From Acidobacteriota bacterium (GTDB lineage Bacteria > Acidobacteriota > Polarisedimenticolia > Gp22-AA2): a stretch of 36,332 nt of DNA. A program made the translations under genes and the position numbers. The notes beneath the pieces are model-generated. The model was not told the DNA's origin. It was given only the letters and a program-made list of their open reading frames with translations, and searched no databases. Location: NCBI GenBank assembly GCA_031394595.1, contig JANNTZ010000304.1, forward strand, positions 1-36,332, read 5' to 3'. Below, one piece after another: positions 18,708 to 28,235 of the stretch (the first letter of the stretch is position 1; every line of letters begins with the position of its first letter).

Positions 18708-21374
18708 TCAGGTTGGGGTTCTCAGGAGGAGATAAACGCCGGCGGCGGAGAACAGGATGTTGGGAGCCCATGCGGCGAGGAACGCCGGCATGAAACCAAC
18801 ACCGCCGAGTGAGTTGGTCGTCGAGAAAACGAGCAGATAGACGGCAACGAGCAGGACGCCGAGACCAACACCGTACAGCGACCCCCGCTTTCCCATCCGG
18901 AAGCAGAACGGCAGCCCGAGCAGCACGATGGTGAACGACACCAGCGGGAAGGCCGTCTTGTCGTAAAGGTCGACCATCAGCTCCTGCACGTCGTAACCGC
19001 GACCCTTCAAATCCTGCACGAACCGGCTCAGCTCGCGGTAATTCATTTGTTGCGGGGTTTTCCACTCGCGGACGAAGTACGAGGGTGGCTCGGGAAAATC
19101 GAATGACTTCTCCACGAAAGTCTCGAAACTCTCCTCATTGCCGGAGAACTCCCGAACCCAGCCGTCGCGGAACAACCAGTGTCCTCCAACGTGGACCGCG
19201 GTCCGTGCGTAAATCCTCTGGCGGATCTGGAAGCCCTCATGGTCGAAGACGTAGACCGACATCCCCTGGAAGGTCCCGCCCCCTGAATCGGAGAGGACCT
19301 GGAACCGGCTGGATGGGACATAGGTCCGGAAATTGAAAAGCCGATCCTGCTCGCCGAATACCCAGCGGCGCTCCTGGCCAGCGTAGCTGCGTGGACTTCG
19401 ACCGCGGATGGCGTCCTTGACCTGTGCTGCCTTCTCGCTGGCGCGGGGCATCAGGTAGTCGTAGTTCAGATAAGAGAACATGCTGATCGCGAGCACGGCC
19501 ACCACGACCGGGGCCGTCAACCGGTAGATGCTCATGCCACCGGCCTTCAGGGCGGTGACCTCGTTAAACCGCATGAGGATCCCGAATGCCAGGAACACCG
19601 CCACCAGGCAGGACATGGGAAGGATCTGCGCCAGGATCCATGGAGACCGGTACTTCAAATACTCGAAGACGAAGCCGAACGGAAGGTCCCGTTCGACCAG
19701 GTCGTCAATGAGATTGATGAACTCATAGACTGCGAAGAGGAAGTACAGACTCGTGATGGCGGCGGCGAAGAACAGCCCGAATTTCTCCAGGACGTACCGG
19801 TCGATTCGCGTGCTGTAGATGAGCAGGATGGCGAGAATCACCAGTCCGACGACGAGGAAAGGCCCGCGTGGTCGGCTCAGGACCGCGTAGGCGGCGAGGA
19901 TGCCGAGGAGGACCGCGACAATGCGCCGTCCCGGGCGTGGGGTGTCGTGATTGCCAAGTTCAACTCCGTCATCGGCTCGGCTCGCAGCGGCAAATGGGGG
20001 AACCAGGGCGACGGGCGGCTCCGGACCCGATCCTCGATGGCGACCCCTGGCGCGAAGATGACTGGCTTCCCGGCGGCCGCCGATATCGGAAGCGGGGCGG
20101 GCGCTCCGCTGTGCCGGGGCGGGACCGGGCTTCTTCCGACGAACTTGACGGACCTGCCTGGCGAGCCCAGCCAGGAAGGTGCGGAACCGTTTTGGCAGGA
20201 GCGCCATGAAACTAAACTCCTCCGTTCGTTCCCGCACCATGAACAGCACGATCCCCAAAATGCCAAGAATCGCGTTGCCCATCCAGAGTCCAATGTACGG
20301 AGAGAGCCGGCCCTGGTTCACGAGGTTTTGACCGGTCGTGAACATGACCCAGTAGGCGATCGCGATCGCGATGCTAAGGGAGAATCCCGAGGCCTTGCCG
20401 CCACGACGGTTCATCACACCTAGGGGGACTCCGACGAGAGCGAAGACGACGCAGGCGAGGGGCATGGAAAACTTCTCATGCATGACTCCCAGAATGTGGC
20501 CGACGAGCCGCTGGCGGGTCTCGGAATGGGTCAAGGCGTCCGCGCGAGCAACCGACTCGGCCAGCTCCGGCAGCGTCTGCTCACGGAAGTTCTTGGGGCG
20601 GGGGCGGGCCAGGATCGTGCTCCGGATTCGGAACGACTCGTCCGGACCCTGCTGAATCATCTGTCGTTCGAAGCGACTGAGCTGGTAGTTCTCCGCCTCC
20701 GCGGGAACGGTCCCGTGAGTGGTCCCGTCCTCGAGGAAGAACCGCGCCACGCCGAGCTTCGGGTCGTACTCGATCTGGGCCCGCCGCGCCAGAGTCAGGA
20801 GCTCCTTGCCACCCTCGATGGATTGGTAGAGAAACACCCGCTCGAGGAAATCGCCGTTTTGATGAACTTCGTCCGCATAGAGGGTCATCCCCGGGATCTC
20901 TTCGAAGAAAACCCGGGGCTTGATCTGCCGCCGCAGGTCTGCCGAGTACACCAGTTGATCGAACACCTGGTGACGGCGGTAGTTCGCGTGGGGCTCCGCC
21001 TGGAGAATCATCCAGCTGCAGAGGCTCCAGCCAAGGAACCCGAGTGCCAGCGCCGGGTAGAGGACCCTCCAGTAGCTCACCCCGGCCGCCCTCAGGGCGA
21101 TGACTTCACTATCGGTGGAGAGCCTCCCGACACCGACCAGGACTCCTAGGAGGATCGCCATCGGGATGGTCATGACCAGGACCCGCGGCAGAAAGAAGAA
21201 GAGGATTGCAGCTGCCGACGAAATTGGGACATCACGCTTGATGGCGAGCTCAGCGAGTTCGAAGACGGCATTCATCAGGAAGACGAGCACGTAGACACAG
21301 AGTCCCAGAAAGGTGGGCCCGAGGAGCTCGCGAAAGATGTAGCGCCAGAGAGTATCGATGCCGAGGAATCTCAT
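18708..21374 (-). CDS. lptFG: fused LptF-LptG-like LPS export permease (two YjgP/YjgQ domains in one 888-aa ORF)
   Basis: N-terminal LptF/G-like start TLWRYIFRELL; second start-like segment RIDRYVLEKFGLFF about residue 520; halves joined by about 100 aa Arg/Pro-rich linker with two extra hydrophobic segments. Confidence 0.8.
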   Translation of the reverse strand: MRFLGIDTLWRYIFRELLGPTFLGLCVYVLVFLMNAVFELAELAIKRDVPISSAAAILFFFLPRVLVMTIPMAILLGVLVGVGRLSTDSEVIALRAAGVSYWRVLYPALALGFLGWSLCSWMILQAEPHANYRRHQVFDQLVYSADLRRQIKPRVFFEEIPGMTLYADEVHQNGDFLERVFLYQSIEGGKELLTLARRAQIEYDPKLGVARFFLEDGTTHGTVPAEAENYQLSRFERQMIQQGPDESFRIRSTILARPRPKNFREQTLPELAESVARADALTHSETRQRLVGHILGVMHEKFSMPLACVVFALVGVPLGVMNRRGGKASGFSLSIAIAIAYWVMFTTGQNLVNQGRLSPYIGLWMGNAILGILGIVLFMVRERTEEFSFMALLPKRFRTFLAGLARQVRQVRRKKPGPAPAQRSARPASDIGGRREASHLRARGRHRGSGPEPPVALVPPFAAASRADDGVELGNHDTPRPGRRIVAVLLGILAAYAVLSRPRGPFLVVGLVILAILLIYSTRIDRYVLEKFGLFFAAAITSLYFLFAVYEFINLIDDLVERDLPFGFVFEYLKYRSPWILAQILPMSCLVAVFLAFGILMRFNEVTALKAGGMSIYRLTAPVVVAVLAISMFSYLNYDYLMPRASEKAAQVKDAIRGRSPRSYAGQERRWVFGEQDRLFNFRTYVPSSRFQVLSDSGGGTFQGMSVYVFDHEGFQIRQRIYARTAVHVGGHWLFRDGWVREFSGNEESFETFVEKSFDFPEPPSYFVREWKTPQQMNYRELSRFVQDLKGRGYDVQELMVDLYDKTAFPLVSFTIVLLGLPFCFRMGKRGSLYGVGLGVLLVAVYLLVFSTTNSLGGVGFMPAFLAAWAPNILFSAAGVYLLLRTPT

Positions 21375-21382
21375 GCGTGGCG

Positions 21383-21411
21383 ATGTTAGGCCGTGATCGT
21401 CAACCGGTCAA
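21383..21411 (-). promoter_or_regulatory. candidate sigma70-type promoter for lptFG (TTGACC-17-TAACAT); would give near-leaderless mRNA
   Basis: Minus-strand TTGACC (from + ggtcaa 21406-21411) and TAACAT (from + atgtta 21383-21388), 17-nt spacer; tandem GTCAAC boxes at 21399-21412; -10 ends about 8 nt before ATG. Confidence 0.25.
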
Positions 21412-21564
21412 CGGCTCATAACGCGTCAGACTCTCAGGGTCCGATAAGATATGTTATGTAAACCTACGCGCGGGCAGCGAAAGCACCGACAGCCGCTGCG
21501 TCCGACATACCAACGCATGGGCTCAAGACGCCTGATCGGGATATGAACATTCTCAGACAGCGCA

Positions 21565-21582
21565 ATGTCGGCGCGCCGACAT
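21565..21582. promoter_or_regulatory. perfect 18-bp palindrome ATGTCGGCGCGCCGACAT about 43 nt downstream of parB stop, about 190 nt upstream of lptFG
   Basis: Read directly from sequence; no U-tract follows in either orientation, so terminator or operator both possible. Confidence 0.3.
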
Positions 21583-21624
21583 TAGCTAGGCTGAGGTCAG
21601 TGGAGCAGCAATGAGTCTTGGTTA

Positions 21625-22449
21625 CTACGAATGTCTGAGGCGGTTGATCAGCTCTTCAAGTGTGCCGATGATCTCATCCTTGCTGACCTCGGAACGCTTG
21701 AATTTCAAATTGAGGGAGTACTTGTTGTCCGGCGGTCTGAAGTGGAAGATGAATCCCCGCGGTCGCCCGGGTCCCTTCCTCACGTCGTCGGTCAGCTTCC
21801 GAACGTCATCGCGCGTAAGGCCGGCCTTTTTAATCTCATCAATGACATGAGCCATGGCGTCGCGACTTGGCTGCCTGGCAATCTGGAGCAGCGTCGATCG
21901 AGCTGTGATACCTCCCTCACGGCATCGATCCCGAAGGTCCACAGGGATATTGTTCAGAGTCAAAGTCTCGGTAATCGAGGAACGCGACTTGCCAAGCTTT
22001 TTGGCAACGTCCTCGTGCGTGTAGAGAAACTTCTCGCATAACTTATGAAGGCCATCGGCCTCCTCAAAAGGACTCAAGTCCCGGCGCTGGAGATTTTCAA
22101 TCAGGCTGATTTCCAGCACTCCCCTGTCGTCCACATCGATCTCGACACAGGGAATCTGCGACAGGCCGGCCTCGAGAGACGCTCGATAGCGACGCTCGCC
22201 GGCAATGATCTGGTACTTGTCGCCCGTGGGGCGAACCAAGACCGGCTCCAGCACGCCCTTCTCCTTGATCGAGGAGATGAGGTCTGCCATGTCACCAAAG
22301 CTCCGACGTGGCTGGTCCGGGTTCGGTACCAGCATATCGACCGGGATCATCTTCCCGATGGCCACGGGTGCTCCGGTGGCGAGCCCGTCGACATAATGAT
22401 AGTCATGCCGCATCCGACGTTGAACAGGAAGGCCGCGCTGCTTAGACAC
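21625..22449 (-). CDS. parB: chromosome partitioning protein ParB/Spo0J
   Basis: ParB box (IPVDMLVPNPDQPRRSF...VLEPVLVRP...YQIIAGERRYRAS) and HTH region; GTG 22449 chosen because it restores MSKQRGL resembling the ParB KRGLGRGL N-terminal motif and overlaps parA stop by 8 nt; alternative ATG 22413. Confidence 0.85.
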   Translation of the reverse strand: MSKQRGLPVQRRMRHDYHYVDGLATGAPVAIGKMIPVDMLVPNPDQPRRSFGDMADLISSIKEKGVLEPVLVRPTGDKYQIIAGERRYRASLEAGLSQIPCVEIDVDDRGVLEISLIENLQRRDLSPFEEADGLHKLCEKFLYTHEDVAKKLGKSRSSITETLTLNNIPVDLRDRCREGGITARSTLLQIARQPSRDAMAHVIDEIKKAGLTRDDVRKLTDDVRKGPGRPRGFIFHFRPPDNKYSLNLKFKRSEVSKDEIIGTLEELINRLRHS

Positions 22450-23197
22450 GTCCAATGACCTCTTCTGAGAGCTTGTAGTATTCCAGTGCGCCGCTGGAGT
22501 TGGGCGCGAAGCTGAAGATCGCCTCCTTGTATGCCGGACTTTCCTCGAGCCGGATACTTCTTGAGATGATGGTTCGGAATACCTTCGCGCCGAAGACTTC
22601 CTTGATGTGGTTCCGGATGTCCCGGCCCAAGATGGTTCGCTTGTCATGGATGGTGATGACCACGCCGAGGAACTCAAGGTTGGGATTCGGCCTGGCCTTA
22701 ATCTTCTCGACTGTTTCCAGGAGATCGTCGGTCCCTTCCAGGGCGAAGTAGGACGACTGGATGGGAACCAGCAGATGGGTGGCCGCGACCAAAGCGTTGA
22801 CGGTCATAAGGCCCAGAGTCGGAGGAGTATCCATCACGATGTACTGGTAGTCCCTGATGACCGGCTTCAGCCTGTCCTTCAGACGGAAATGACTGTCGAT
22901 ATCTCCCAGCAGCTTGCTTTCAAACTTCGCAAGACTGATGCGCGCCGGTATGACATCGAGGTGCTTCAGGTTTGTTTTGTGAATGGCGTCCCGGAGGGTT
23001 TTCCCATCCTCGACGAGAGCCTCATAGACCGAAGTCTGGATCTGTTCAGGATCGAGGTACGACAGACTGGCATTGCCCTGGGGATCGAGATCGACCAGAA
23101 GCGTGGTGAAGCCCTTCTGCGCCAAGGCCGCAGCGAGATTGATGGCGGTGGTGGTCTTGCCAACACCGCCCTTCTGATTTGCGATTGCGAGTATCAC
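22442..23197 (-). CDS. parA: chromosome partitioning ATPase ParA/Soj
   Basis: Deviant Walker A KGGVGKTTTAINLAAALA; 251 aa; immediately upstream of parB. Confidence 0.95.
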   Translation of the reverse strand: MILAIANQKGGVGKTTTAINLAAALAQKGFTTLLVDLDPQGNASLSYLDPEQIQTSVYEALVEDGKTLRDAIHKTNLKHLDVIPARISLAKFESKLLGDIDSHFRLKDRLKPVIRDYQYIVMDTPPTLGLMTVNALVAATHLLVPIQSSYFALEGTDDLLETVEKIKARPNPNLEFLGVVITIHDKRTILGRDIRNHIKEVFGAKVFRTIISRSIRLEESPAYKEAIFSFAPNSSGALEYYKLSEEVIGRV

Positions 23198-23339
23198 GAG
23201 ATGGCGCTCTCCGCCGCGACCGGATTCTACGCCACAACTCCCACCGAACGACCCGCCATGGATCGACAGGTTCGGTGGATATTCCTAGAAGTGGTGTTTT
23301 ATCAATTACTTAGCAAGGAACGTTCTGCTGGAAAACAAC

Positions 23340-23813
23340 TCACATTTCATACTTCCCCATCTCATCGGGGTCCAGGTTTTCGAGCCATTTGCGAATCCGT
23401 TCGGACTCCCCCGCGTCGCGCGTGATGTCGGTGTTCTTCGCCTTCTCGATAACCTCGGTGCGCACGAAGATCGGCGAGCCGGTGCGCAGCGCCAGAGCGA
23501 TCGCGTCGCTGGGCCGCGAATCGATGGAGACCACCTTGCCGTCATGGCTGAGGAAGATGAGTGCGTAAAACGTGTTTTCCTTAAGGTCCGTGATGACGAT
23601 CTTCTCGACCGATGCTTCCATGTTGGTGATCATGCTCTTCAGGAGGTCGTGGGTCATTGGACGCGGCGTCACGATTTTCTCGATCTGCAGCGCGATCGCG
23701 TTGGCCTCGAAGATCCCGACCCAGATCGGCAGAACCGCCGAACTGGCGGGATCTCGCAGGATGATGATCGGCATGTTGGTAATCGGGTCGATCATCAGGC
23801 CTTTGATCTTCAT
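23340..23813 (-). CDS. bifunctional nuclease family protein (DUF151/BFN)
   Basis: PIIILRD...LPIWVGIFEANAIA...TPRPMTHDL...FYALIFL...IDSRPSDAIALALRTGSPIFV matches DUF151 pattern; start at MKIKGLMIDP by comparison with family N-termini; alternative ATG 23870. Confidence 0.7.
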   Translation of the reverse strand: MKIKGLMIDPITNMPIIILRDPASSAVLPIWVGIFEANAIALQIEKIVTPRPMTHDLLKSMITNMEASVEKIVITDLKENTFYALIFLSHDGKVVSIDSRPSDAIALALRTGSPIFVRTEVIEKAKNTDITRDAGESERIRKWLENLDPDEMGKYEM

Positions 23814-23875
23814 TTCGAGTTCCACGGATTGCTCCACAGAGAGTTGGCCTTTTATAACCCGCAGGCCCATGCAAG

Positions 23876-25186
23876 TCAAGCCGCGGCGACGAGGGTCCCC
23901 TGCAATGAGTGGGCGGCAGCACGGACGATGCGCGCCCGGACATACTGGCCCGGTGCGAGTTCGCCTGCGGGGAGGTGGACGATCCTGTGACAACGGGTCC
24001 GTCCCTGAATGAGCCCATTGTCGAGCCGGCCGTGGCCGTCCACGAGCACTTCGAACTCGCGGCCGACGAGGGCTTCGTGTCGCCGCCTCTGGATCTCCTC
24101 CTGGAGCCCCAGGACGGCATGGAGGCGCGCTTCCTTGTCTGGGTCCGGGACTGTCCGATTCAGGAGGACGGCCGGCGTGCCCGGGCGAGGTGAGAACATG
24201 AAGGCGTAAATCTGATCGAATTCGATCTCCCGGAGGAGGGAAAGAGTCTCCTGGAAGTCCGATTCGGTCTCCCCCGGGAAGCCGACGATGATGTCGGTGC
24301 TGAAAGCCATGTCCGCAACCCGCGCCCTGAGATAGGCGATCTTCGCCACGTAGCGGGCTCGCGTATAACCACGATCCATGGCCCGCAGGATCCTGTCCGA
24401 GCCGGACTGCGCGGGCAGATGGAGATGGTTGCAGACTGCCGGCAGGTCCGCCATGCGGTCCATGATTTGCGATTTCAAGTGCCCTGGATGCGAGGTCGTG
24501 AACCGCAGGCGGCGCACACCAGGCACCCGGTCCACCTGGTGCAGCAGGGCGGCAAAGTCGTCCGTCCCTTCATGCCAGGCGTTGACGTTCTGACCGAGCA
24601 GCTCGATCTCGCTGAAGCCGCTTTGCGTCAGCGCGCCGACTTCCTCGACGATCGCCGTGGCCGGCCGATAGGCCTCGCGGCCGCGCGTGTAGGGCACGAT
24701 GCAGTAGGCGCAGCTCTTATTGCACCCCTCCATCACCGTCACCCAGGCACGCGGCCCGCTGCCCCGGGCGGCCGTCCCGCCCGGGAACCCGACGGGATCC
24801 CCGTCGCGTACCAGGCTGATCGATCGGCCCTCGTCCCGGGCCTGGTCGAGCATTGCGTCCAGGCGATCGATGGCGCGCGGTCCCATCACCAGATCCACGT
24901 GTGGCGCACGCCGGAAGATGGTCTCCCCTGCCTGCTGAGCCACACAGCCGCAGACACCGATCACGAGGTCGGGCTTCGCCTGCTTGAGCCGGCGGAGCCT
25001 CCCCAGATGGGAGAAGACCTTGTTCTCGGCGCCGGCCCGGACGCTACAGGTGTTGAGCAGGATGATATCGGCGTCAGCGGGCCGGACCGCGGGAGCGTAG
25101 CCGCGGGCCTCGAGAACGCCCGCCATCTTCTCGGAGTCGTGGGCATTCATCTGGCAGCCCCAAGTCTGGATGAAATAGTGTTTCAC
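23876..25186 (-). CDS. miaB: tRNA-i6A37 methylthiotransferase MiaB
   Basis: MTTase N-terminal domain (YFIQTWGCQMN), radical SAM CAYCIVP, TRAM C-terminus. Confidence 0.95.
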   Translation of the reverse strand: MKHYFIQTWGCQMNAHDSEKMAGVLEARGYAPAVRPADADIILLNTCSVRAGAENKVFSHLGRLRRLKQAKPDLVIGVCGCVAQQAGETIFRRAPHVDLVMGPRAIDRLDAMLDQARDEGRSISLVRDGDPVGFPGGTAARGSGPRAWVTVMEGCNKSCAYCIVPYTRGREAYRPATAIVEEVGALTQSGFSEIELLGQNVNAWHEGTDDFAALLHQVDRVPGVRRLRFTTSHPGHLKSQIMDRMADLPAVCNHLHLPAQSGSDRILRAMDRGYTRARYVAKIAYLRARVADMAFSTDIIVGFPGETESDFQETLSLLREIEFDQIYAFMFSPRPGTPAVLLNRTVPDPDKEARLHAVLGLQEEIQRRRHEALVGREFEVLVDGHGRLDNGLIQGRTRCHRIVHLPAGELAPGQYVRARIVRAAAHSLQGTLVAAA

Positions 25187-25746
25187 CGGGACCTTCCCGT
25201 TCGCCGGACGGGGACCCTGCCCTTTGCGCGGCGCCGGACGACGATTGGAGGCGCTTCAGGTCGTCGCTTCAGGTGAGGCCGGAGCCGACGCCACGTCTCC
25301 CCGAGCGCCTCGGGAATCACCCGTGTGTCATGCACGACGGTCATGAAGTTGGTGTCTCCGTCCCAGCGGGGCACGATGTGAAGGTGCACGTGCCCTTCGA
25401 TACCGGCGCCCGCGCTGCGACCGAGGTTGATCCCGAGATTGATTCCGGTCGGTCGGTAAACCCGGCGCAGCGCCGCCTCGCACTGGGCCGCCAGGGTCAT
25501 CATCTCGGAAAGGGTCGCGGGGTCGAGGTCCCCCAGGCTGGCCTTGTGGGCGTTCGGGACGACCATCAGATGGCCGTTATTGTAGGGGTACTTGTTCAGG
25601 ATGACGTAGTTCGATTGCCCATGCGCGAGAACCAGGGTGCGCCCGGCGGCCCGGGCACGCGCCGCACCGCAGAACACGCATCCGGACCCCAGACGGCGCG
25701 CCGACCGGATGTACCGCAGTCGCCAGGGACTGAAGAGTTTTTCCAT
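25183..25746 (-). CDS. HIT (histidine triad) family protein with Arg-rich C-terminal tail
   Basis: HVHLHIVPR triad motif; start at MEKLFSPWR; stop overlaps miaB start. Confidence 0.8.
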   Translation of the reverse strand: MEKLFSPWRLRYIRSARRLGSGCVFCGAARARAAGRTLVLAHGQSNYVILNKYPYNNGHLMVVPNAHKASLGDLDPATLSEMMTLAAQCEAALRRVYRPTGINLGINLGRSAGAGIEGHVHLHIVPRWDGDTNFMTVVHDTRVIPEALGETWRRLRPHLKRRPEAPPIVVRRRAKGRVPVRRTGRSR

Positions 25747-25780
25747 GGTCGGCCCGGTCCGGGGCACCGGCGTCCGGGGA

Positions 25781-26113
25781 TCAGCCTTCCGCGCCGGAGG
25801 ACAGTGCGGGGCTCGCGGCCGTCTCCGAGGAGGCTGGCGTGGAGTTGATCAATTCCTTCAACTCTTTGCCCGGTTTGAAGTACGGGATCCGCTTGGCAGG
25901 CACGTCGACCTTGTCACCGGTCTTCGGGTTACGTCCCTGGCGGGAGCGCCGCTGCCGGATGCGAAAGCTGCCGAACCCGCGCAGCTCGATCTTCTCGTCC
26001 TTGCACAGGGCGTCGACGATCGATTCGAAGACCGTGTTGACGATGACCTCGGAGTGTTTCTTGGTGAGGTCCGAGACCCGCGCCACTTCCTCAACCAGCT
26101 CGGCCTTGGTCAT
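25781..26113 (-). CDS. ihfB: integration host factor beta subunit (HU/IHF family)
   Basis: MTKAELVEEVA...KIELRGFGSFRIRQR..GRNPKTGDKVDVPAKRIPYFKPGKELKE closely parallels E. coli IHF-beta; conserved rpsA-ihfB order. Confidence 0.85.
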   Translation of the reverse strand: MTKAELVEEVARVSDLTKKHSEVIVNTVFESIVDALCKDEKIELRGFGSFRIRQRRSRQGRNPKTGDKVDVPAKRIPYFKPGKELKELINSTPASSETAASPALSSGAEG

Positions 26114-26175
26114 GCCCACGCCCCCCGCCCGGGCACCGGCCGGGGAAACCCGCGGCCGGTCCACCGGGATGGTGA

Positions 26176-28032
26176 CTAGTCTTCTTCCGCTTCCTCGAGG
26201 ACGTCCTTGTCCTTACGACGGCGTTCCTCGCGCGCCCGCCGGCCGCCGGAATGCTCGACCAGCTCGCCGAGATTGACGCCCCCGCCGCCCTGAGTCCGCA
26301 TGTACTGGCGGACTTCGTCCCGGCCCTGTTCCTTCGTCGCGCCCTTGATCGAGAGTCCGACCTTTTGCTCGGCGATGTCCAGCTTGATGATTTTGGCGGT
26401 GACCGACTCGTCCAAGGCCAGTTTATCGGCAGGTTTCTCCACCCGCTCGTCGGCGATCTCCGAGACGTGCACCAGGCCCTCGATCCCCTCCTGGAGCTCC
26501 ACGAAGGCGCCAAAATCGGTGAGCCTGACAATCTTTCCGATCACGACGTCGCCCACGGAGTGGCTCTTGAAGAACTCCTCCCAGACGTTCGGCTGGAGCT
26601 GCTTGACACCCAGGCTGAGCCGCTGATTCTCGGTGTCGATTTTCAAGATCACCGCTTCGACTTCGTCCCCCTTCTTGAGCATCTCGGAAGGGTGCTTCAG
26701 GCGGCGGGTCCACGACATGTCGGAGATGTGCACCAGCCCGTCGATCCCCTCCTCGACTTCGATGAACGCACCGAAATCGGTGAGATTTCGGACCCGGCCG
26801 GTGATCCGGTCGCCTTCATGGTAGCGGTCATTAATCGTCTGCCAGGGGTTCGGCTCGGTCTGTCGCAGCCCGAGCGACAAACGCCGGGCCGTCTTGTCGA
26901 CGTCCAGCACGACCGCCTCGACCTGGTCGCCGACATTGAGCAGCTTGGACGGGTGCTTGACACGCTTTGTCCAAGACATCTCGGAGACGTGAATCAGCCC
27001 CTCGACGCCGGCCTCGAGCTCGATGAAGGCTCCGTAATCCGTGAGACTGACGACCTTCCCCTTCACGCGGGATTCGCGGGGGTACTTGCTGTCGACGCTC
27101 TCCCAAGGATCGGAGGACCGCTGCTTGAAGCCGAGAGAGACCCGCTCCTTCTCCTGGTCAAACTTCAGGATGACGACTTCGACCTCGGTCCCCACGTTGA
27201 ACATCTCCGAGGGGTGGTTGATTCGGCCCCAGGACATGTCGGTCTTGTGGAGCAGGCCGTCGATGCCACCCAGGTCCACGAAGGCGCCGTATTCGGTGAT
27301 GTTCTTGACGACGCCGCGGATCAGCTTGCCCTCGGTGAGCCCGTCCAGCGTGCGGCGTTTGCGGGAGGCGTTCTCCTCCTCGAGGACCGCCTTGCGCGAC
27401 AGCACGATGTTCCCGCGCTTGCGGTTCACCTTGATGACGCGCATCTGGAGTTCCTTCCCCTTGAGCGCGTCCAGGTTGCGCACCGGTCGGAGATCCACCA
27501 GCGAGCCGGGCAGGAAGGCGCGGACACCGATGTCCACGGCGAGCCCGCCCTTGATCCGCTCCTTGACGATGCCGGTGACGGCCCGTCCGTCCGCGTAGGC
27601 GCGCTCGATCTCCTCCCAGATCTTCATCTTCTCGGCCTTCTCCTTGGAGAGGACGACGTAGCCGTCCTTGTCTTCGGTCTTCTCCAGGAGAACGTCGATT
27701 TCATCCCCGACGGTGACGTGGTTCTGTCCATCCACGCCGCGGAACTCGTCGAGGTCAATGACCCCTTCAGACTTGTAGCCGACGTCCACGATCACATCGT
27801 TGCCGGAGATGCGCAGGACGCGCCCGCGCACCACTTCACCTTCGCCAAGAGTGCAGAGCGACTGGTTGTACATCTCCATCAGTTCTGCAAATTCAGCCTG
27901 CGGGATATCGGCTTCGACGCCTTGCATCAGTTTCAGCGGTTGGATACGCTTGGTGCGGGGTCGGGAGGGCGGGTTTTGCGGACTATCGGCCTCTCCCCTT
28001 ACAAAGTCATCGTTGGTCTTCTGTAAATCCAT
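26176..28032 (-). CDS. rpsA: 30S ribosomal protein S1
   Basis: Six S1 domains; start at MDLQK (ATG 28032) with AAGGAGG SD about 11 nt upstream; about 35-aa N-terminal extension relative to E. coli. Confidence 0.93.
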   Translation of the reverse strand: MDLQKTNDDFVRGEADSPQNPPSRPRTKRIQPLKLMQGVEADIPQAEFAELMEMYNQSLCTLGEGEVVRGRVLRISGNDVIVDVGYKSEGVIDLDEFRGVDGQNHVTVGDEIDVLLEKTEDKDGYVVLSKEKAEKMKIWEEIERAYADGRAVTGIVKERIKGGLAVDIGVRAFLPGSLVDLRPVRNLDALKGKELQMRVIKVNRKRGNIVLSRKAVLEEENASRKRRTLDGLTEGKLIRGVVKNITEYGAFVDLGGIDGLLHKTDMSWGRINHPSEMFNVGTEVEVVILKFDQEKERVSLGFKQRSSDPWESVDSKYPRESRVKGKVVSLTDYGAFIELEAGVEGLIHVSEMSWTKRVKHPSKLLNVGDQVEAVVLDVDKTARRLSLGLRQTEPNPWQTINDRYHEGDRITGRVRNLTDFGAFIEVEEGIDGLVHISDMSWTRRLKHPSEMLKKGDEVEAVILKIDTENQRLSLGVKQLQPNVWEEFFKSHSVGDVVIGKIVRLTDFGAFVELQEGIEGLVHVSEIADERVEKPADKLALDESVTAKIIKLDIAEQKVGLSIKGATKEQGRDEVRQYMRTQGGGGVNLGELVEHSGGRRAREERRRKDKDVLEEAEED

Positions 28033-28206
28033 GCAGGCAGGTTCCTCCTTATTTTTTCGGGCGACCCTAGGGGCCGATCCCGGCGGGGCGCCTGCGGGCG
28101 CCCGACTCTGCGCGGAACCCCGGCCACGGCCGGATCCCGCTTCCCCCCCGGACAGTGGACGGCGGTCAGCCGAACCGTTCCCGTGACACATCCTGAGGGA
28201 TGCCGA

Positions 28207-28235
28207 ATAATACTGACCGGCTCCGGTCCTGTCAA
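28207..28235 (-). promoter_or_regulatory. near-consensus sigma70 promoter for rpsA (TTGACA-17-TATTAT); about 168-nt GC-rich structured leader
   Basis: Minus-strand TTGACA from + tgtcaa 28230-28235; TATTAT from + ataata 28207-28212; 17-nt spacer contains inverted repeat GACCGG ag CCGGTC; leader has GGGCGCC tgcg GGCGCCC hairpin and CGAAAAAATAAGGAGG. Confidence 0.5.

Noticed and set aside
19868-20423. + strand ORFs inside the lptFG linker region
   Set aside because: They overlap the continuous minus-strand LptFG reading frame and have shadow-like composition.
23198-23339. AT-rich 142-bp gap upstream of parA examined for parS, tRNA or sRNA
   Set aside because: No match to the parS consensus and no cloverleaf-compatible segment. 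Most simply the parA promoter region (candidate TTGATA…GAATAT hexamers with poor spacing).
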